NCBI GenBank assembly: GCA_002633005.1
Contig: NMRA01000175.1
Location: forward strand, 379,831-443,830
DNA: 64,000 nucleotides
Direction: 5' to 3'
Source of the DNA: Phoronis australis
Taxonomy: Eukaryota; Animalia; Phoronida
The notes under the pieces were generated by a model. That model saw only the letters and a program-made list of their open reading frames with translations. It ran no database searches and was not told where the DNA came from. Below, piece after piece: positions 46,751 to 61,177 of this stretch (within the stretch, counting starts at the first letter, position 1; every line of letters starts with the position of its first letter). A program made the position numbers and the translations under genes.

Positions 46751-47101
46751 ACAGTAATTTGCTCTAATTAGACAAGTAAAGACTCGAAACAAAATTGATT
46801 ATAAGCCCATTCACTATGAATTAGCATCACATTGAGGAATCAAACACTTCAATTTTTTAAGAAAGCCACTGAGTCCGTACGACCTAGGTTACCACACAAG
46901 GTGAAAGATTTTTGTCTGCAAGTTTACGTCAGGGCATGAAAACCAGAAACATCGCGCCTGATGTTGCAGCGACCTCACAAGTCCATTCTAAAACAGTGGA
47001 ATACTCAACATTATTCACTATTAAAAACAAAACCTAAAAACCTGTCTGAGACAGATAGCACATTGTGTTTGCACGAATTTCGATTTTTCGTTGTCTTATT
47101 T

Positions 47102-48440
47102 TACCGGGGTATTCCTTAGATAAGCCCCTGGGCGTGTATTCGGAAAATAAAAATTTTCAGGCATTTTAGTGACACCAATAAAAGCCCGGGCGTTTATTCA
47201 GAAAAAAGGGCTAATAAATGGAAAGTCAGAACTTTAGCTACGTAAATACCAGCGTGAAGCGCAATATGTATTTTTGTATTGAAACAGCCCTTCTGGGTGG
47301 ATTAGTAGACCTTAAAAGAACTGTTGTGAATACGTTGATATCTGTTAACAATGTTAATTGTGTAGCAACTTATCAATTTTTGCAATATCTGCTCAGTGGG
47401 ATAAGAAAGTTAATATTCATGACACTTCTGGACCTCCTTGAGGCAAAGATAATCGCACCCAAGGTCGCTTGGCAGAAATTCTATGAACGTCAGGTTGAAT
47501 ACTGAGTATTGTGAAACAAATTTAAGCCAGCTTTCTTGGTATGTGCCCTACCGTAAGTCCGTCTTTGGCTAGTTTCATGCTTTACCAATCAAGCCTGTAC
47601 CCATTAACAACATTGAAGTCCAGGTAGGTAATCCATGAATGAGTCTCTTATGATGCAATACATACAGACAGAAATAATGAGGCAAAGTCCTTTTTTCAAT
47701 ACTGACAAATCCGTTTTGCTTATGAACACACACTAGAGCCACTGGGCTGAAACTGTATCCGCAGGGTTTCAAAAATTGAATATTGGCGTGAAGATAATTC
47801 CAGCCAGAATGGACGGTTTTCTTCAGCCACTTGATGTTTCTGTTAACGCTCCGTTCAAAGCTAGGGGTTGCGAGATCAGTATCAGTATTGGCTTGAAACC
47901 GCAAGAAAAAATACCCCGAGAGGATATCGCCGCCGCCCATCCAATGAGAATTTGTATCTTCAGCCATGCGGCAAATCCCGCAAGACATCATTATCAGAGT
48001 GTTTGAATGTTCCAGCATAGCTGCTGATGGGCAAATGGCCTCAACCTTATTTCTCAACACCCGGATTCGCGAACACATGGGGTACAACACGGGTATCCAA
48101 GAGATGGGACGCAAGTAAGTAGATCTCTTCATCAACTTGAAGATGGAATGAGTCACTCGGAGGAGGAGCTGAGTGAAAACATGGACATGGACACGTAGAT
48201 TTAGAGGTTTCCTGACTGGTTTTTACTTCAAAGTGTTTTTTGAAAATTTTATGTTAATAAACACATAATTCAGCAACACTTTGTTCGATTTTACAAACGG
48301 TAAATGCTCCAAAAACTGAATTTGTGGTTAAAAGTTGACGTTAAGTAAGCTTTTAAGAGATCATTTTTCGAATAAACGCTCCACTATCTGGACACTTGAC
48401 ACAAAATAAACGCTCATGGGCGTTTATTCGGCATAATTTT
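47102..48440 (+). mobile_element. Decayed pogo/Tigger DDE transposon
   Basis: IIPARMDGFLQPLDVSVNAPFK (DDE_1 motif) at ~47790-47860; GGGCGTTTATTCG / GAATAAACGC subterminal motifs at both ends. Confidence 0.7.
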
Positions 48441-48559
48441 CCAAATAAAGGCACATGAGCTATTCATTGGGTGAGCTTATCTACGGAAAACCCCGGTACC
48501 AGTCTGCGTCCCTCTGTTTTTGGACGAGCCATTTGTTACAACTGCTAAAACGAATAGTA

Positions 48560-48920
48560 ATCGAAATGCCGTCTTTTGCTGTTGTCTGCGTTACGTATGC
48601 GTGCCAACTATCTTCATTTCACACAGTGATCAGTTTTGGGCAATCTCCATCTTTATCGTAAGCCGAGCACACAGAGAACTCCAGAGATGCGTCAAGAACA
48701 ATGACTTCAGTGGCTATATCAACATTTTCCCGACTATGCTAGATATATTCTTTGCCCTGAATACCCAAACTACGCCAGATGGTGAACATTGTTTTACCAA
48801 AAGTTGAAATTGGCAGACCCAATATTACGTGAAGCGCTGGAAAATGGTGCGTTCTCAGTGTTATGTACGAGGAAGAACTTCAATAGATCGGCTGTTGACC
48901 TCTCTTTGAAACAGTCCGTA
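48560..48920 (+). pseudogene. Transposase fragment, possibly Academ-like
   Basis: Frameshifted IFFALN.PNYARW...LENGAFSV..TRKNFNRSAVDLSLKQ; family assignment from memory of the motif only. Confidence 0.45.
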
Positions 48921-50196
48921 TTTTTATGTTTGATATGGTGTTCTCCAAAAAAGCTGAAAACACCTCTGTGGCACCTGATATTGAGTACGTACGGTCGTGT
49001 TAGATTTTGTGGAAACTGAAAGCTGTAAGGCAGATAAAACATTCCGTTCATGTTAAGAACATGTTATTCACAATTCGTGGGTAAAACGAGTTCTCATAGT
49101 TTTTCAGTTTAGTTAGATTGACAATCATTTCATTTGCACGACACAGACATGCGGGCAATGGAACTGTTCGCTTTTTGTCTTTATAGTGATTATAAAACAC
49201 CTTCGATTTTCTTTATGGTGCTCAGTCACCTTGGTGACAGCCCCGCGATCCACATTGGGGGAGGGGGTTGCAGTTGAATTAAATAAATATTAGTTTATGC
49301 TTCACCTTTTTACTTTTATTATTAATAGTACAGGCCCATAGCCGGAGGGGTTTGGGGGTTCGATCGAACCCCTCCCCCCGCCGAAAAGGTCCAGCCCCAG
49401 CACATTCTTTAAACATGGGATATGAAAGGACAATAACAACAGAATTGTTGCAGCTACTGATGCTATTAACTACAATGATAACTAAGTTAGTAATAATTTT
49501 GAATTAGCCTCTTCAAAGCGTTTCACGTGTCATCGGGTCGTACTTGCCGCTGTTTGTGTAGATGACAGGATCGTGCAAATGATAAGAGGAGGCACTATGT
49601 TAAACCACGCGTATGGGTAACAAGTGAGTCCAGATGTGAAAGTCCATACCTAAACTCAAAAGTCTAGCCCTACGACCTTAGTAAGCTACATGTGAGAGCT
49701 CCCAAAAAATAGTGCAGTGTGAATGCCTTAAACTTGGCCAAGAAACAGAACTACAGAAAACTGAGATTTTTTATTCTGCTACTTTGGTTTTAATTGCAGG
49801 CATAGTCCGGTAGAACTGTAAGCATTTTCAAATTTTGAATTGAAAGTGATCGTTAAATATGCAAAAGTGGTGTTCACCCAGTGTTCACTTTGATTGTGGA
49901 TTGGTGGATTGACATGCATGCGGGTACATGTTTGAACGTTTCTGTTCTTTTAAATTCATTACACGCTGACGGTAAGTTCATTAAAGGCAGCCCTCTGTCG
50001 TGCTAAAAAAACAGACATTCAACTACAGTGTTTTCTTGCACTGAGAATACACCTTTGAGCATTTTCACATTATGGTGAAAAAGTAAGCATAGACCTCAAC
50101 TTAGGTCAATGAAAATCTTCTTTAGTCAATCGACCTCAATGGTGCACAACCCTGCAGACTTCATACGAGCTACAAACTTGATGGAAAAGATTTCCA

Positions 50197-51200
50197 AGGT
50201 TCCATGTCACTATTCGGAAGGTCCACTACTCCGAAGTTTCGCTACCTTCGAAAGTTCACTACTTCGAATGTCTACAATTACTCGGACTGGTCTGCTAATG
50301 CGTCGGAACCGACATAAATGAAATATTGTATTTGTGTCCATTTAGTAACCATTTAAAGTGCATGGCAACAAATGGAAACGTCTGTCCGTTTTCCTAAAGG
50401 AGACTGGCAGACTTGAAAACTTTCTTCACGAGGAGCCATAATTGCGGTCTCGTGCCTTTGCTCAAGTGTTTTGTGCAATGGGCCCAACCATGAGGCCTGC
50501 ACACGTCTGATGCACCGCAAATGACATCAGTCCACCTGCACTGTTTTTTTTTTGTTTTTTTTAACCATTTAAAGGGTATACAAGAGTTGAATGGTTAATA
50601 AAACATTGATTACATTGTTTGCAAATGAGCTCAGTTCCAATCACTGCCAATCGTGATCCTTGAATCTAACTAACATCATTCTCAAGCAGGGACAACATCT
50701 AGGGCATGGGTCAAGGCGGCTTTACATTTAACACTGAATGGGGCTCTCTGGCTTCGTGAAGAATGACAGGGACAGGGTAACCTACTAACGACATTTAGTT
50801 TGGCTCGGCCATGCGCGTGGTTCTGGTGGGTGAGGTTGAGGCGTGGCCCTGAACTTTTCAATCGCTCTGTGAAATGATGCGATCTCGACATGGATTTGAT
50901 GAATGTATCGTGGTTGATAATTCATCAATATCCCTACTTCATATTCTTTAAAATGCAAATACGCACTCATTTGTAAGACACGCAAGTAAATTTCGCATGC
51001 GCATGAAATCTGGGCGTTGTTTTCAGTATAGGTACACTACTCAATAATTGAAGTATCGTTTAATTTTGCATGTAAAAGTATAAAAATTACACTTGAGACC
51101 GAAATTTTAGATACTTTCGGAGTAGTGAATCTTCGGAGTAGTGAACCTTGGGAAGAGTGAACCTTCCAAATAGTGAACCTTCCAAATAGTGAACCTCCCG
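50197..51200. mobile_element. Element with inverted arrays of a ~15-bp subterminal repeat (AAGGTTCACTA(C/T)TCCG)
   Basis: About 4 copies at 50200-50270 and about 5 reverse-complement copies at 51115-51200. Confidence 0.6.
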
Positions 51201-52716
51201 AGAAGTGGTCTCCTATTTCCAGCAATGTAAGCAACTCAGGTAACACGCAAAACTACAAGCAGATAAAAATTTTGTCAAGTCATTCTCCTGCTAAATATTT
51301 CCGTCCGAGTATGTAATGAGGTGTAATCACTCATATAAGCACGCCTGATTTGAAAGTTTGGCAGGACTCAGTAGGGGTAATACGAGAACGTTCTCTGTCT
51401 GGACCACATTACATCCGAATATGAGTCCCGTTCTTTGCGAGCAACCCTTATTTCAGGTATTACGAATTCCGTCTCATCTCAGAAACAGAGCTGAGAGTCA
51501 TCGTTGCGTATACAGATTGCCCCCCTCCCCTTAATTAAGCTGCGTCAAGGGCCTTACTGAAAACTCTACAATGTCGACGTTTGGAAAATATCAAAGGTCC
51601 ACCGATCTAGAATTCGAACCACCCCCACGAAACGCTGGCTACGACCCTGGAATGAATGACATCAATGTCGGATTTAGGATGTCGCTAGGATGCCAACCAG
51701 GGCCATCCAGGTACTTGCCTAAGAGCCTCACAAGGTTTCCATGCCGAGCTATATTTGTAGAGACTCATTGACTTGTCAATAAGTAATATTAGTGACTGCG
51801 TAAGCGCTCGTTATTGCGCATGCACCTTTATCTAAAATGATGCATTCATAGACATAGTATTAATATGGATGCATTCCTCTTGTGTTGTGCCTAACATTCC
51901 CGGGCGCAGACGGCTGTTCTGTATGCATGTCTGTATCAAGTTGTTCTTCACCTTTTGGTCCATTTTTTGTTTCATATAAGAGTTTTAGCGGAGTTTTATT
52001 GAATACTCGTCAATATATAACATTCTGTAATATGTAAGTCAAAGTTTCAGTCACACAATATTCTAAAAATATGTTTATAGTTTATACTGACTGGAACTTG
52101 CTAAGAAACATTGGATTATTTAGTGTTTTAAGACAGTTTCAGTGTATGTAGAAAATGACACCTAATTAACATAAACTTAACTGTTGTCTATTGTACTTGT
52201 TATTCCATGCAAATAAATGGGATAAATTGGTAAAAGACCATGTTTCTGCCTGTGTGGTTCAAGATCACTTAAAAATTATAACTTTTGTACAGACTGATTT
52301 TTGCTGTGCAAAGCATGATTCTTTTTGTACAAAGTTGATGATTTTGTTCTTGCATGTTTGTGTGAACAGTTATGTTGGTAGGGGCCACATGCACATTTAC
52401 AACGGTAGCCAACGTATGCGATTAAGAGTGTACTGCGTGTCACAGTTTGACATCAGAAATACGACCTCGTTTTAGAAAAACATAAGAAAGTGAAATGAAC
52501 AAAGCGTTCTTGGATGATCTTTATGTGATCAGTTATCAAAATTGTTGAATTAACAGATAAGGGAAGTATTTTAATACTTCATGACGTACTTGTTTACTTG
52601 CACATAGCGAATTTGTGACATCCTTTAAAATGAAGTGCCTTCTTGTGAGTTCACACAACATGGTCTACAGCAGCATATTGATTTCTACTCGTAACAAGCA
52701 AAATAGGAACATAATA

Positions 52717-53253
52717 TGAAGCACCAAAGGGTCCTTAAACGAGTACCTGTCTGCACGACGAAATGTGCTCAATCAACGTGTAGTTTTGCTTAACCAACGC
52801 GTACTTTTGCTTAAACAACACACAGTTTTACTTACAATGTGGTGAATGTGTTATTCGTTATGTCCAGTCAAAGATAAGTTTACGTTCAGTAATAATGTAA
52901 CGGCGCCATCATTTATGTGGTTACTTGATAAGAATTTGCAACATCTTTAAAAGTTGCCTTGCACCGATATTGAAAGTTTTTCATTATTTTGAAATTTGAG
53001 AGCACGGGCGTCATTGGCCTACATGAACTGATTAAAAGTACGTGTTGCATAAGCAATAATGCTCGTTGATTATGTAAAACTACGCGTTGATTAAGCAAAA
53101 GTGCGCGTTGAATAACAGTAGAACGATGCTCGTTTAAGGACAAATTCAGCGCGTTGATTGTGCAAAAGTACGTGTTGATTAAGCAAAAAGGCCTTGATTA
53201 AGCACATTTCAACACGCAGAAAGGTACTCGTTTAAGAACTCTTTGGCGCTTCA
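52717..53253. mobile_element. TA-flanked MITE with long TIRs and internal ~23-bp repeats
   Basis: TA-TGAAGC(A/G)CCAAAG(G/A)GT(C/T)CTTAAACGAGTACCT mirrored at both ends; AATCAACGCG..CTTTTGCTT repeats in inverted orientation. Confidence 0.8.
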
Positions 53254-53447
53254 TAACATGACATTCGAAATCCATGCTTGCAAATACGATCAGTCAAGGT
53301 GTATTTAGTAGACTAGTCACATATAGCCGAGTTGCCATGAATGGGTACTTAGAAATCTTTGGCAGTGGAAGGTTTTTTAGTAGTTTCATGTCTAGATAGC
53401 CACCCTCAAGTGCTTTAGCTGGATTGTATTCTTGACAACTTTGAGCA

Positions 53448-56400
53448 TTTTTTTTTCATTTGTATTTTTTTATTGGTATACACAACAGAAATACAGATAT
53501 GTAAGACAAAAATCAAGCCATTCTCACTCTTAACATACACGCCACACGCACCCGCCCCCGCCCCCCACCTACTTTTAATAGGATGTTGCCAGGCAAAATT
53601 TATGGTGAACCAGTTTCTCCAGGTTTCATGTTATTCATCTAAATTACCATTATTTAATAAAATCCTTTGAATGTAAAATTCTGTTTCTAATGTCTTAAGG
53701 AAATGACAGAAACTGGGGATTATTTTTTTACACCTGAATAGGTAAATAAAATGTTTTAATTGCAAAAGTATCCAATTTAAAACTTTATTTTCATCACTTA
53801 TGGGCATGCCAAAAAAACATTGTTTTTTGTCAATAACCATATTTATACCTTTCACCAACAACACCCAACTGCGTAATTCTATCAATGTTTTTATATTATT
53901 GCATTCGAAAAAGATGTGATCTACTGTTTCACTTTTTGAATGACAGAAAGTACATACATCAGAGTCTATCAGGTTAATTTTTTTAAGAAAATAGTTCGTT
54001 ACAAGTATTCTTTGTAATAGTTTAAACTGCAGTATACATAACTTGAAATCATAAGTAGTTTTAAAAGACAGTGAATATAATTTTTTCCAGTCATCACTTT
54101 GAAAGTTATAACCTTCTTCTTGAAATCTTTTTTGGGCAATAGGCAAAATTTTGTTGTGGCAGACAGTTTCATATATCATTTTACATATTGATGTGCAGTT
54201 TAAAAAATTACGGTTATTAAGAGGTATTATTGGTCTATGTATCTTAATTATTTTGTAATGGTGTTCTCAGAAACGGCCTAATAAACTCAATCAGAGAACA
54301 ATATTCCAAAAAGTTTGTAGGTATATTCGAGATCTTTTTAAATTCAGTAAATGAGTAAAAACTTATTTTCATCAAGTAGGTCATTAATAAAAAGAACACC
54401 ACAACTAGCATACTTGTTAAAGAAGATAGATTTTCTGTGTATTAGTATTTCATCGTTATGCATAAACCTGTTGAGAGTAAATCATTCGCATCTTTATGAG
54501 GCTGTTTACTAATGAAAAAGACCAGTTACTTAGAACTTCGTTCCAAAAGGGATTGATTACTTCAGTATAGTATTTAACAAAAATATTTCCAAAATTTATA
54601 ATATTTGACTTTGCAATCCCTGTTTCAAGTTCAAACAATTTCACCCATTTTGATTCAGAATTAAGTAATCTGTTTATCCATGAAATTTTTATAGCCTTGT
54701 TAAAAAGAATATTTAACATTTTAACTACCTCTTCCTCATAAGTTTTAATTAACACACCTCTCTTCACTCTCTCAACTTTGTTATTCCAAATAAACTTAAA
54801 AATGCTTGCATTCAATTCATTCATAATAATGTCTGATGGAGTAAGCAGGGTTGTCATAATGTGAATAATTTTTGGCACTATCAAGGTCTTCCCCACCGTA
54901 ACTTTCCCAAAAAAGGAGATTTTTCTTCTAGGCCAAATCTTGATAAGGTTATTGATTTCATCAACCCTCTCATTGTGGTTGATGTCAATCATTTTTTTTC
55001 TAGGTTAACACTAAACTTGATACCAAGCATCTTAAATTCCGTTATGCCCCATTCCAACTTCCACCTTGCGTGATGGAAAACATCTTTACAAAAATTTTTA
55101 CTGCCCAACCAAATAACATTAGTTTTGGAATAATTTACTCTCAAACCAGACATATCTGGATATCTACTCAAAACGTCCATAATAGCTTCCAAACTACGCC
55201 TTGAACCATCTAAGAAAAACGTTGTGTCATCAGCATACTGAGTAAGTATAAATTCCTCATTTCCTATTTGAATGCCTTTAATTTCCCTATCTTCTTTTGT
55301 CATCATAGCTAATATTTCAGCACATAAAATAAAAACATACGGAGAAAGAGGATCACCTTGTCTACAGCCCCTGTGCAGAGTAAAATGTCTGGACAGGAAA
55401 CCGTTTTGAACAATGTATGACACGGGACAATTAAAAAAGGTTTTAATCCAGCGCTGAATTGAGGCCTTGAAATTAAAAATATCCAAATCATTATTTATGA
55501 AGTTCCATGACAAGCTATCAAAAGCTTTTTCAAAATCTATTTGTAATAACAGCCCTGGTATACCATTTATTTCACAGAAATTCATAATGTCAAAGGTCAA
55601 TCTTATGTTTTTACCCATACATCTCCCTTTTATAAATCCCGTGTGATCCAGGGAAATTATATATCCAAGTAACTTTTTATTCGTCTAGCAATGCATCCGG
55701 ATGCCAACTTGTAAACACTGTTGAGCAAAGTTATTGGTCTCTAGTTTTTTATGAATTTTTTAGCTTAATCTGGCTTTGGAATTAAAGTTACGACCCCAGT
55801 TTTTTGCGTGTTTGACAATTCACTTTTTTCATAGCTTTCATTTATGTGTCGTGAAACAAAATAGTCTAAATCTTTCCTGAAAAACTTGAAGAATTCATTT
55901 GTGAAACCATCTGACCCGGGGCTTTTTTCATTTTTTGAATTTTTCAATACAGTCCAGAGTTCATCATATGTTATATGTCCCTCAAGCTCCATAGCAAAAT
56001 TATCGGGAAGCTTATTTGAAACAATAAGGTTTTCTATTTTACTTTTTTCAATAGAACTGTTGTCAGAATAAACTTTTTCGTAAAAATTTGCGACCACGTC
56101 TAGTATCTTTTCTTGATTTGTAATCATTCCACCATTTTCCAATTCTATTTCATACATAAGTTTGTTATAAAAATGTCTCGATTCTAAGCTCCAAAAATTT
56201 TTTTTGGGTGTTCCCCCTCCTCTATCCATTTTGCCCTGGATCTGACGTAATTTCTCTGACCTAATCTCTAGAAGAGCACTCTTTTTCCTTTCTAAGTCTT
56301 CAAAAGTTGTATCATCAACACATGGTTCTAAATTTTCTATTTCCTTCTCTAACTTAGTCTCTTGACTGTCTAATTTTTTCTTTTTTTGAATTGAGTAAAA

Positions 56401-57140
56401 AGTCGTGTTTTTTTCTTATTTCCATTAACAGCACGTCCAAAAGTAGCTGATCATTTATAACAAACTGAATCTCACTGTTTGAAATATTTTGAATTTTGTC
56501 TAAATGATGCATGTAAATCGTGACGGCATTAGGCTTTTAACATCAGTTATTGTATCTTGAACGATGTCCACATAGTCCTTGTCATTTAAAAGTGAATTGT
56601 TAAATTTCCAGTGTCCCTTACCTCTAATAATTTCTCTAAATTTTAGGCTTAACAAGACCCAAGAATGATCTGATCTATAGCTTGGAGCTATAGAAATTCT
56701 TTGGACACAATGCATCAAAGTTTTGGAAACCAAAAAAAGTCAAGCCTAGCCTGCTTAATTGGATTTTTTCTTCGCCAAGTGAATCTTCTCTTTGAAGGAG
56801 AAAATTCTCGTAAGGGATCACAGACATCAAACGTATTATTTTCATAAGAAATTTTGTACCATTTGGATTATTGCAAGATCTATAATTGCAAGTAACCAGT
56901 TCTTGACTCAGAACTAAATTAAAATCTCCACATAAAATCAACTTATCGACATCAATTTCTTCAATTATTGAAAATATATTACTATAAAAATTCGGGTTAT
57001 CAGTATTTGGACTGTACAAATTTACTAGAATGATCCTCTCTCCCTCCATAATTAGTTCTATAATAACATAATTTCCCGTAGGATCCTTGCTCACATTTTG
57101 AACAGTAAACTCAAAGTTATTGTTAAATAGAATAGCTACT
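53448..57140 (-). mobile_element. Degenerate L1/Tx1-clade LINE ORF2 (APE endonuclease - RT - zf-RVT)
   Basis: ILCGDFN, SDH..V, WKFNNSLL, KSPGSDG, DFEKAFD, RGCRQGDPLSP, QYADD, CTFC..ETVDHIFFEC; AATAAA plus A-rich tail on minus strand at ~53448-53475; many frameshifts. Confidence 0.93.
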
Positions 57141-57169
57141 CGTTTGATTTTGTTTACGAGTCAGTCAAC

Positions 57170-57900
57170 ATGCCACGCTGTTGCTACGTACCAAGATGTA
57201 CTCATTATCGTCTCACATGCACTTTGGGTACGTTGCATCGCTTTCCGAAATATGACACACTTCGCCATACTTGGCTAGTTCGCTCGTGTGAAGAAGGCAG
57301 CGCTACCTGTTCATGCAACGCACAAAGCAGTGGCAAGCATTTTCAGCCGTCAGATTACGACAGAGATATGTACGCTGAATTGATGAAGGTCCCTGCGAAA
57401 CAACGCCTGAAAAAGGGTTCCAAACCGTCGCTGTTGATTCCCGGCAGTGCCCCGTCGCCACCTCCGAGAAGTGCGTGTCTGAAGCGAGAAGCCTCGCAAG
57501 TGTGGCCACTATATACAGTGACTGGAGGCACTTCATCTACTGTCACCCATGCCTCCGAACGTACCCCATAGCGTGCAATTCCAGGAACTAGTAGCGATTC
57601 CCCGTGTGCTGTTGTCTCTGGCCCAGAGCCTGTAAGCAGCCCTGCAGCGATGTTGAGTAGTTGGAGTGAATACAGGCGCAGTTTGACACCCAGTGAAAGG
57701 GATAGTTCGTCATCCAATGAACAGATCGGTGAGCATAAGTTTGGTAAGTTTATTGGAGCTATTTAAAAGGTGCCACGTGTGTGAGGAGGGAGTCGCACGG
57801 CGGGATGTAAGCAGTTTGGGTGCTCAAGTCACCATCCACTGGGAGTGGGTCGCGGGTCACTCGGGCAAGTGGGACAGTTCTTCCTCTGTACGTGAGACGA
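57170..57900 (+). pseudogene. THAP-domain transposase N-terminal fragment (Kolobok-like)
   Basis: MPRCCYVPRC...LHRFP...W....KHF..DY...LKKGSKPSL THAP signature (third Cys lost); downstream LLELFKRCHVC...G....W...GH..W.S. Confidence 0.75.
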
Positions 57901-58202
57901 TATTAAGTACATCTCGGTGGGCAGCAACAGCGTGGCATGTTGACTGACTCGTAAACAAAAGCAAACGACGACGGAACTTATCACAACCGAGGTAGAACAA
58001 TGACTGACTCGACTGCTCTCACAGTCAGACTGTATGAAAAGAAATTGGCACGAAATTATTGCCTCCCAAAACGTAACTTCCGAAGTAGACGACTAGTAAT
58101 TAATTAAATTACGAAAAGCTGTAAATAAGTGAAAAATATGTGTGGGATAATTAACGAACCCTATTTTTGCTAAAAATGACATGAAAAAAGGTTGCCTTCG
58201 CC
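57888..58202 (-). mobile_element. 5' end of a THAP/Kolobok-like element in opposite orientation
   Basis: Minus strand begins TTAA-AGGCGAAGGCAACC at ~58206 and leads into a second ATGCCACGCTGTTGC (MPRCC) copy at ~57938. Confidence 0.55.
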
Positions 58203-60265
58203 TTTAAATGTCACAATAACTTCTGGATCCATAAGTGCAGCTTTAAACTCATCTTTTAGACTTACTTCGTGTTGGCTTGATTTGCCGGCCATGCCTGCAA
58301 CAGTTTTGTCCAAAGTGGCCTGCTTTGTGCTCTTTATCAACTCCTCGCTGTTTTTACTAGTTTGTCTCATTTTCTGCAAATTTGGTGCTGGCTTATCATT
58401 CATATTAAGAGGTGACACATTTAAAGTACTGGAGATACTTAAAAATATCGAAAAAATACGGAGAGCACTGTTCAGTCAACTGCACACTAGTCCGCCATGA
58501 CCAGATACCAACTTTGAGCATATTAAATATGCAAATAAAGTCGCCCTTATGCAATTTTCTGTTTTTGTTTATAACGTCGTTATTAAGCAATGTAGGTGGA
58601 TTATTTTGATGTTTCACAAATGCTTATGTGGTCAGCGAATTTAATGGAGCTACTTTGGAGGTGGATACATCGATGATTTGCATATATTATTCAAATTAAA
58701 CCAGTCATTATTGAAAAAATTCTCATTGTGCATGTACCTGCGGTAAATTATACTGAAATTTGCAATTGTCAATTAATTCAATGAAATCAGTTTACAGGTT
58801 GTTCCATGATATGAATTTCCATAATTTATACAGATATAGGTCGTCATTATTTAAAATTGTTTTTCTGCTCCTAACCTCCTACGGGTATTAAATATGGATT
58901 ATTTTAAATTTACAAGTCATGACATGTTAAATATTCATGATCAATATAGATTGCGACCGTCAAAAGTTACGCGTCTCATCGTGTTAGTTACATGACTCTG
59001 AATGGTCTAATTAAGACTGAACAAACTGTATGATTGCACCAAGAAACTGAAACAAAAACTGAAATCACGTGTCTCACTCTAAGTGAAACGCCGAGATATT
59101 CGTATTCATATCTTTACCTGATTTGCCTGACAGCTTCGGTATCAAACCAACACCTAATACACAACCTCAAACATTTAATGTATCATTTACTTTTTTATCA
59201 GTTTAAAAACATTTGCTTGCGGAAAAGTTGTTCTCCAAAGTTAAGACATTTATCATTAAGATCTATAGGTGTCTGTGTACGTTCATTTTGGCTAGCGTAC
59301 ACGTTTTCAATGTACTGGTCAGTGCGTCGTCGTCACTAACATTCATAACAGCGTTAACCAGGTGTGCATTCAGTTAAACGCTAGGACCTAAAGTTGCATT
59401 TCACGCTGTTTGGCTGGCTAAAAACGAAATTCAGTCTTCTTTTTTTGCTCTCATAAATTGATCTCATAAAATTCCTTTCCGTTACCAACAGGAAAATGAC
59501 ACATGTACGCATTGCCTGTGGCTTGAGTTGTTAACGGAAATGAAATGGAATACTATCACGGCAACAAATATCTAAAGATCGATTTTATGAATGTAAAAAA
59601 TCCCAGTTTCATTTTCGTTTTTACCAAGGACGAAATGCAACAAGCGTATTTTTAAAACCGAGACATTAAGTTTTTCATAGGTTTGAAACAAACTAAATTC
59701 GAATCCTGATATCAATTCTTGTGCAGGTGTCAAATTGCAGCATTTATTTCACATTTGATAACATGATCTCTTCAGTTGGGGTTTAATCTTTCGCATAGTG
59801 TTGTTACACTATAAAAATACACTTAACGAATTTTCAAAAATCAGCCAAAAGAAGTGTGCAACACCCCTTGCATTTCATGTAGTTGTCAACATTCAAAAAT
59901 GAAAAATACGACGACTGTATTGAAAAAGCGGAACATCCGTGTGCGAAGCGAGACATCTGGGTATGTCAAAACGCAAAGTGAAACACACAAAAACGCCTCA
60001 ATTTCGCAGTGTTAAAAGCGTGATATTTCGATGGTGTCATCTCATAGGTCTTTACGGTTTTGACCTCATGCACTGTAAAAGTGAACCAAAAGGTTGTAGG
60101 TTGTACTACTTTTTGTAGCCAATAAACACGTTCATTGCCTATGTTACAATAAAAAGTGGTATTGTTAAAGCACAGACGTATAAACAGCAAAGAGAATGAA
60201 AACAAGACAACTGAAAGAGTTGTAAAAAGGTAAAATATATATTTAGGTAAATAAAACAACATATA

Positions 60266-60424
60266 CCGTAATCGTTCGGGTTAACGTCCTGGGCGGTTAA
60301 ATTGGCGAATCCAAAAAATCGGGGGAGGGTGGTTAACCGAGCAGTGGGCGGTTAAATCGAAAATCCACTTAAAGTCGGGGATGGGCGGTTAACTGAGCAT
60401 GGGCGTTAACCCGAACGATTACGG
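60266..60424. mobile_element. pogo/Tc1-mariner-type MITE with TA TSD
   Basis: Perfect 21-bp TIR CCGTAATCGTTCGGGTTAACG flanked by TA; related partial inverted copy at ~35700-35799. Confidence 0.88.
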
Positions 60425-61139
60425 TATATTCTACATTTCGTGAAACAACAGTATCCTTGAGAGGATCTCGATCGCCTTACTTAGTTTCAGATTTATTTTC
60501 TACGTTGAAAAGGTAAAAATTGATAAAACTTAACTACACATGAAAAATTGTCACAGTATTTAAGTGGAAACGTGTTTTTAGGTTTCGTATTATACAGATA
60601 TTAAGCGATTTTAATGCTAAACGTCACAGTATTGTGTAGAAATTTAATGTTGTACTAATGCTGTCAGAATGAAAAGGTTCTTGAAATCCAGTAGTTTCAA
60701 ATCTAATGTTGAAGTTCAGGTTTTCACAGGGAAACAGATAGGATAAATAAAATTTACTGGGATGACGAACTTAAAGTGTACAGAAATTCTTTCAATGAAA
60801 ATTAAAAATCATCATAACTAAAGTGTTATTAATAAGTCAAGCTATATCGTTCTTGTTTCTACAAAATCATTTTAATTATAAGAAGGGGTGCACTTTCAGG
60901 GCGTAGTAGAATTACACACAATTCACTAGACATAATGTCATCCATCTAGAAGTCATCTTGCCAGTACCGGTTGATTGATGTAATTGAATTGTCTGCCACA
61001 ATGACTTTGTTGCTTATATTACCAAGGGATGGATACGATTCCACGATAGCTACTTTAAAATCCAGCTAAGATACCACTCAAGCAACAGACACTCAACCAT
61101 CCCCAGATCTGAGTTGTGAAACTGAAGACATAAACATGA

Positions 61140-61143
61140 GCGT

Positions 61144-61174
<31 letters not shown>

Positions 61175-61177
61175 TAC
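61140..61177. repeat. Alternating purine-pyrimidine microsatellite (GC)n(AC)n
   Basis: GCGTGCGTGCGCGCGCGCACACACACACACACACATAC. Confidence 0.9.

Noticed and set aside
49331-51649. Single element bounded by CAGG(C/G)(C/T)C(A/G)TAGCC inverted ends
   Set aside because: TIR-like ends are visible (another at 63612), but no TSD links them, so pairing is unproven.
57170-57571. Domesticated functional THAP gene
   Set aside because: The third zinc-ligand Cys is missing, the downstream frame is broken, and it is embedded in rearranged TE debris.
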